Positions 63,540 through 64,000 of a DNA stretch of 64,000 nucleotides are shown here, piece by piece (position 1 is the first letter of the stretch; each line of letters starts with the position of its first letter). Source of the stretch: Candidatus Latescibacterota bacterium (GTDB lineage: Bacteria > Latescibacterota > UBA2968 > UBA8231); assembly GCA_965217585.1 (NCBI GenBank), contig OZ244561.1:6016001-6080000 (forward strand), written 5' to 3'. A model generated the notes under the pieces. It was not told the origin of the DNA and did not search any database. It was given only the letters and a program-made list of their open reading frames with translations. The position numbers were made by a program, and so were the translations under genes.

Positions 63540-64000
63540 TCAAAATTTCCCCTCGTATATCTCGTCGAACAGAACCTGGATTCCTTCGACGATCCCCGGC
63601 TCCGGTTCTGGATTGGGCGGCCCTAAGCGGTGGTTGGGGTAGAGGCCCTTCAATTGGATGGCCGCTTTTATGGAAGCCAGCCAATTGTGTTTGATGGCCC
63701 ACTGCAACCACGGCTCTTCATAGCGGTACACCAAATCCCAAGCCCCGGCCGCATCGCCGTTGACCAGCGCATTGTGGAAGGCATTGGCAATGTCGGGTCG
63801 GAAGGGTGCCACGGTGCACAAATAGGCGGGGGAGCCGAGCGGATAGCCAAAGGCGAAATTGCGCATCTGTCCGCCGCTGATCACCCCGAAACCCAAGTCT
63901 CGCGTCTGGCGGATCAGGTCGTAATACGTGTAGAATTGGTCGCCGTCGTTTTTCATGCCAATGATGTGGGGGCGCTGGGCCAGTTCCACGGCGGCTTCCA
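63540..64000 (-). CDS. Dihydrodipicolinate synthase / N-acetylneuraminate lyase family, C-terminal part (5' outside window)
   Basis: 'LAQRPHIIGMKND' Schiff-base Lys motif, 'IKAAIQLKGL...RLGPP'. Confidence 0.7.
   Translation of the reverse strand, partial: EAAVELAQRPHIIGMKNDGDQFYTYYDLIRQTRDLGFGVISGGQMRNFAFGYPLGSPAYLCTVAPFRPDIANAFHNALVNGDAAGAWDLVYRYEEPWLQWAIKHNWLASIKAAIQLKGLYPNHRLGPPNPEPEPGIVEGIQVLFDEIYEGKF

Noticed and set aside
1-64000. CRISPR array, tRNA or rRNA
   Set aside because: No regularly spaced direct repeats with unique spacers and no tRNA/rRNA-like sequence seen; repeats are paralogous CDS blocks or isolated palindromes.

Overview
GC-rich bacterial window with about 40 CDSs and no rRNA, tRNA or CRISPR array. 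The gene content (many PhyH-type Fe/2OG dioxygenases, DUF6785 membrane protein, FlgD-Ig/T9SS-like C-terminal domain, C-terminal 'TTWGxLK' tail) suggests Candidatus Latescibacterota or a similar FCB/Poribacteria-like lineage; this is inference. The left half (1-32 kb) holds a candidate cell-envelope system: four paralogues of a ~950-aa exported protein with an Asp-rich Ca-binding-like segment and a beta-barrel-like C-terminus, a 1088-aa TPR protein, a secreted FlgD-Ig protein and two membrane-fused spermidine-synthase-like proteins. Interleaved are six of the window's seven PhyH-fold genes (three with halogenase-like Hx(G/A) motifs, one of them frameshifted), a GH78 rhamnosidase, a 100-bp MITE and a tnpB-only IS200/IS605 element whose right end supplies a neighbour's stop codon. 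The right half is mostly catabolic (PL2-like lyase, enolase-superfamily enzyme, ilvD, Gfo/Idh/MocA, Thr-type sulfatase-fold enzyme, MlrC-like peptidase), plus a YtrA-type ABC operon with visible promoter/operator, an orphan m4C methyltransferase and an AT-rich DUF262 + HEPN putative defence pair. All family calls come from motif recognition by eye; no database search was run.
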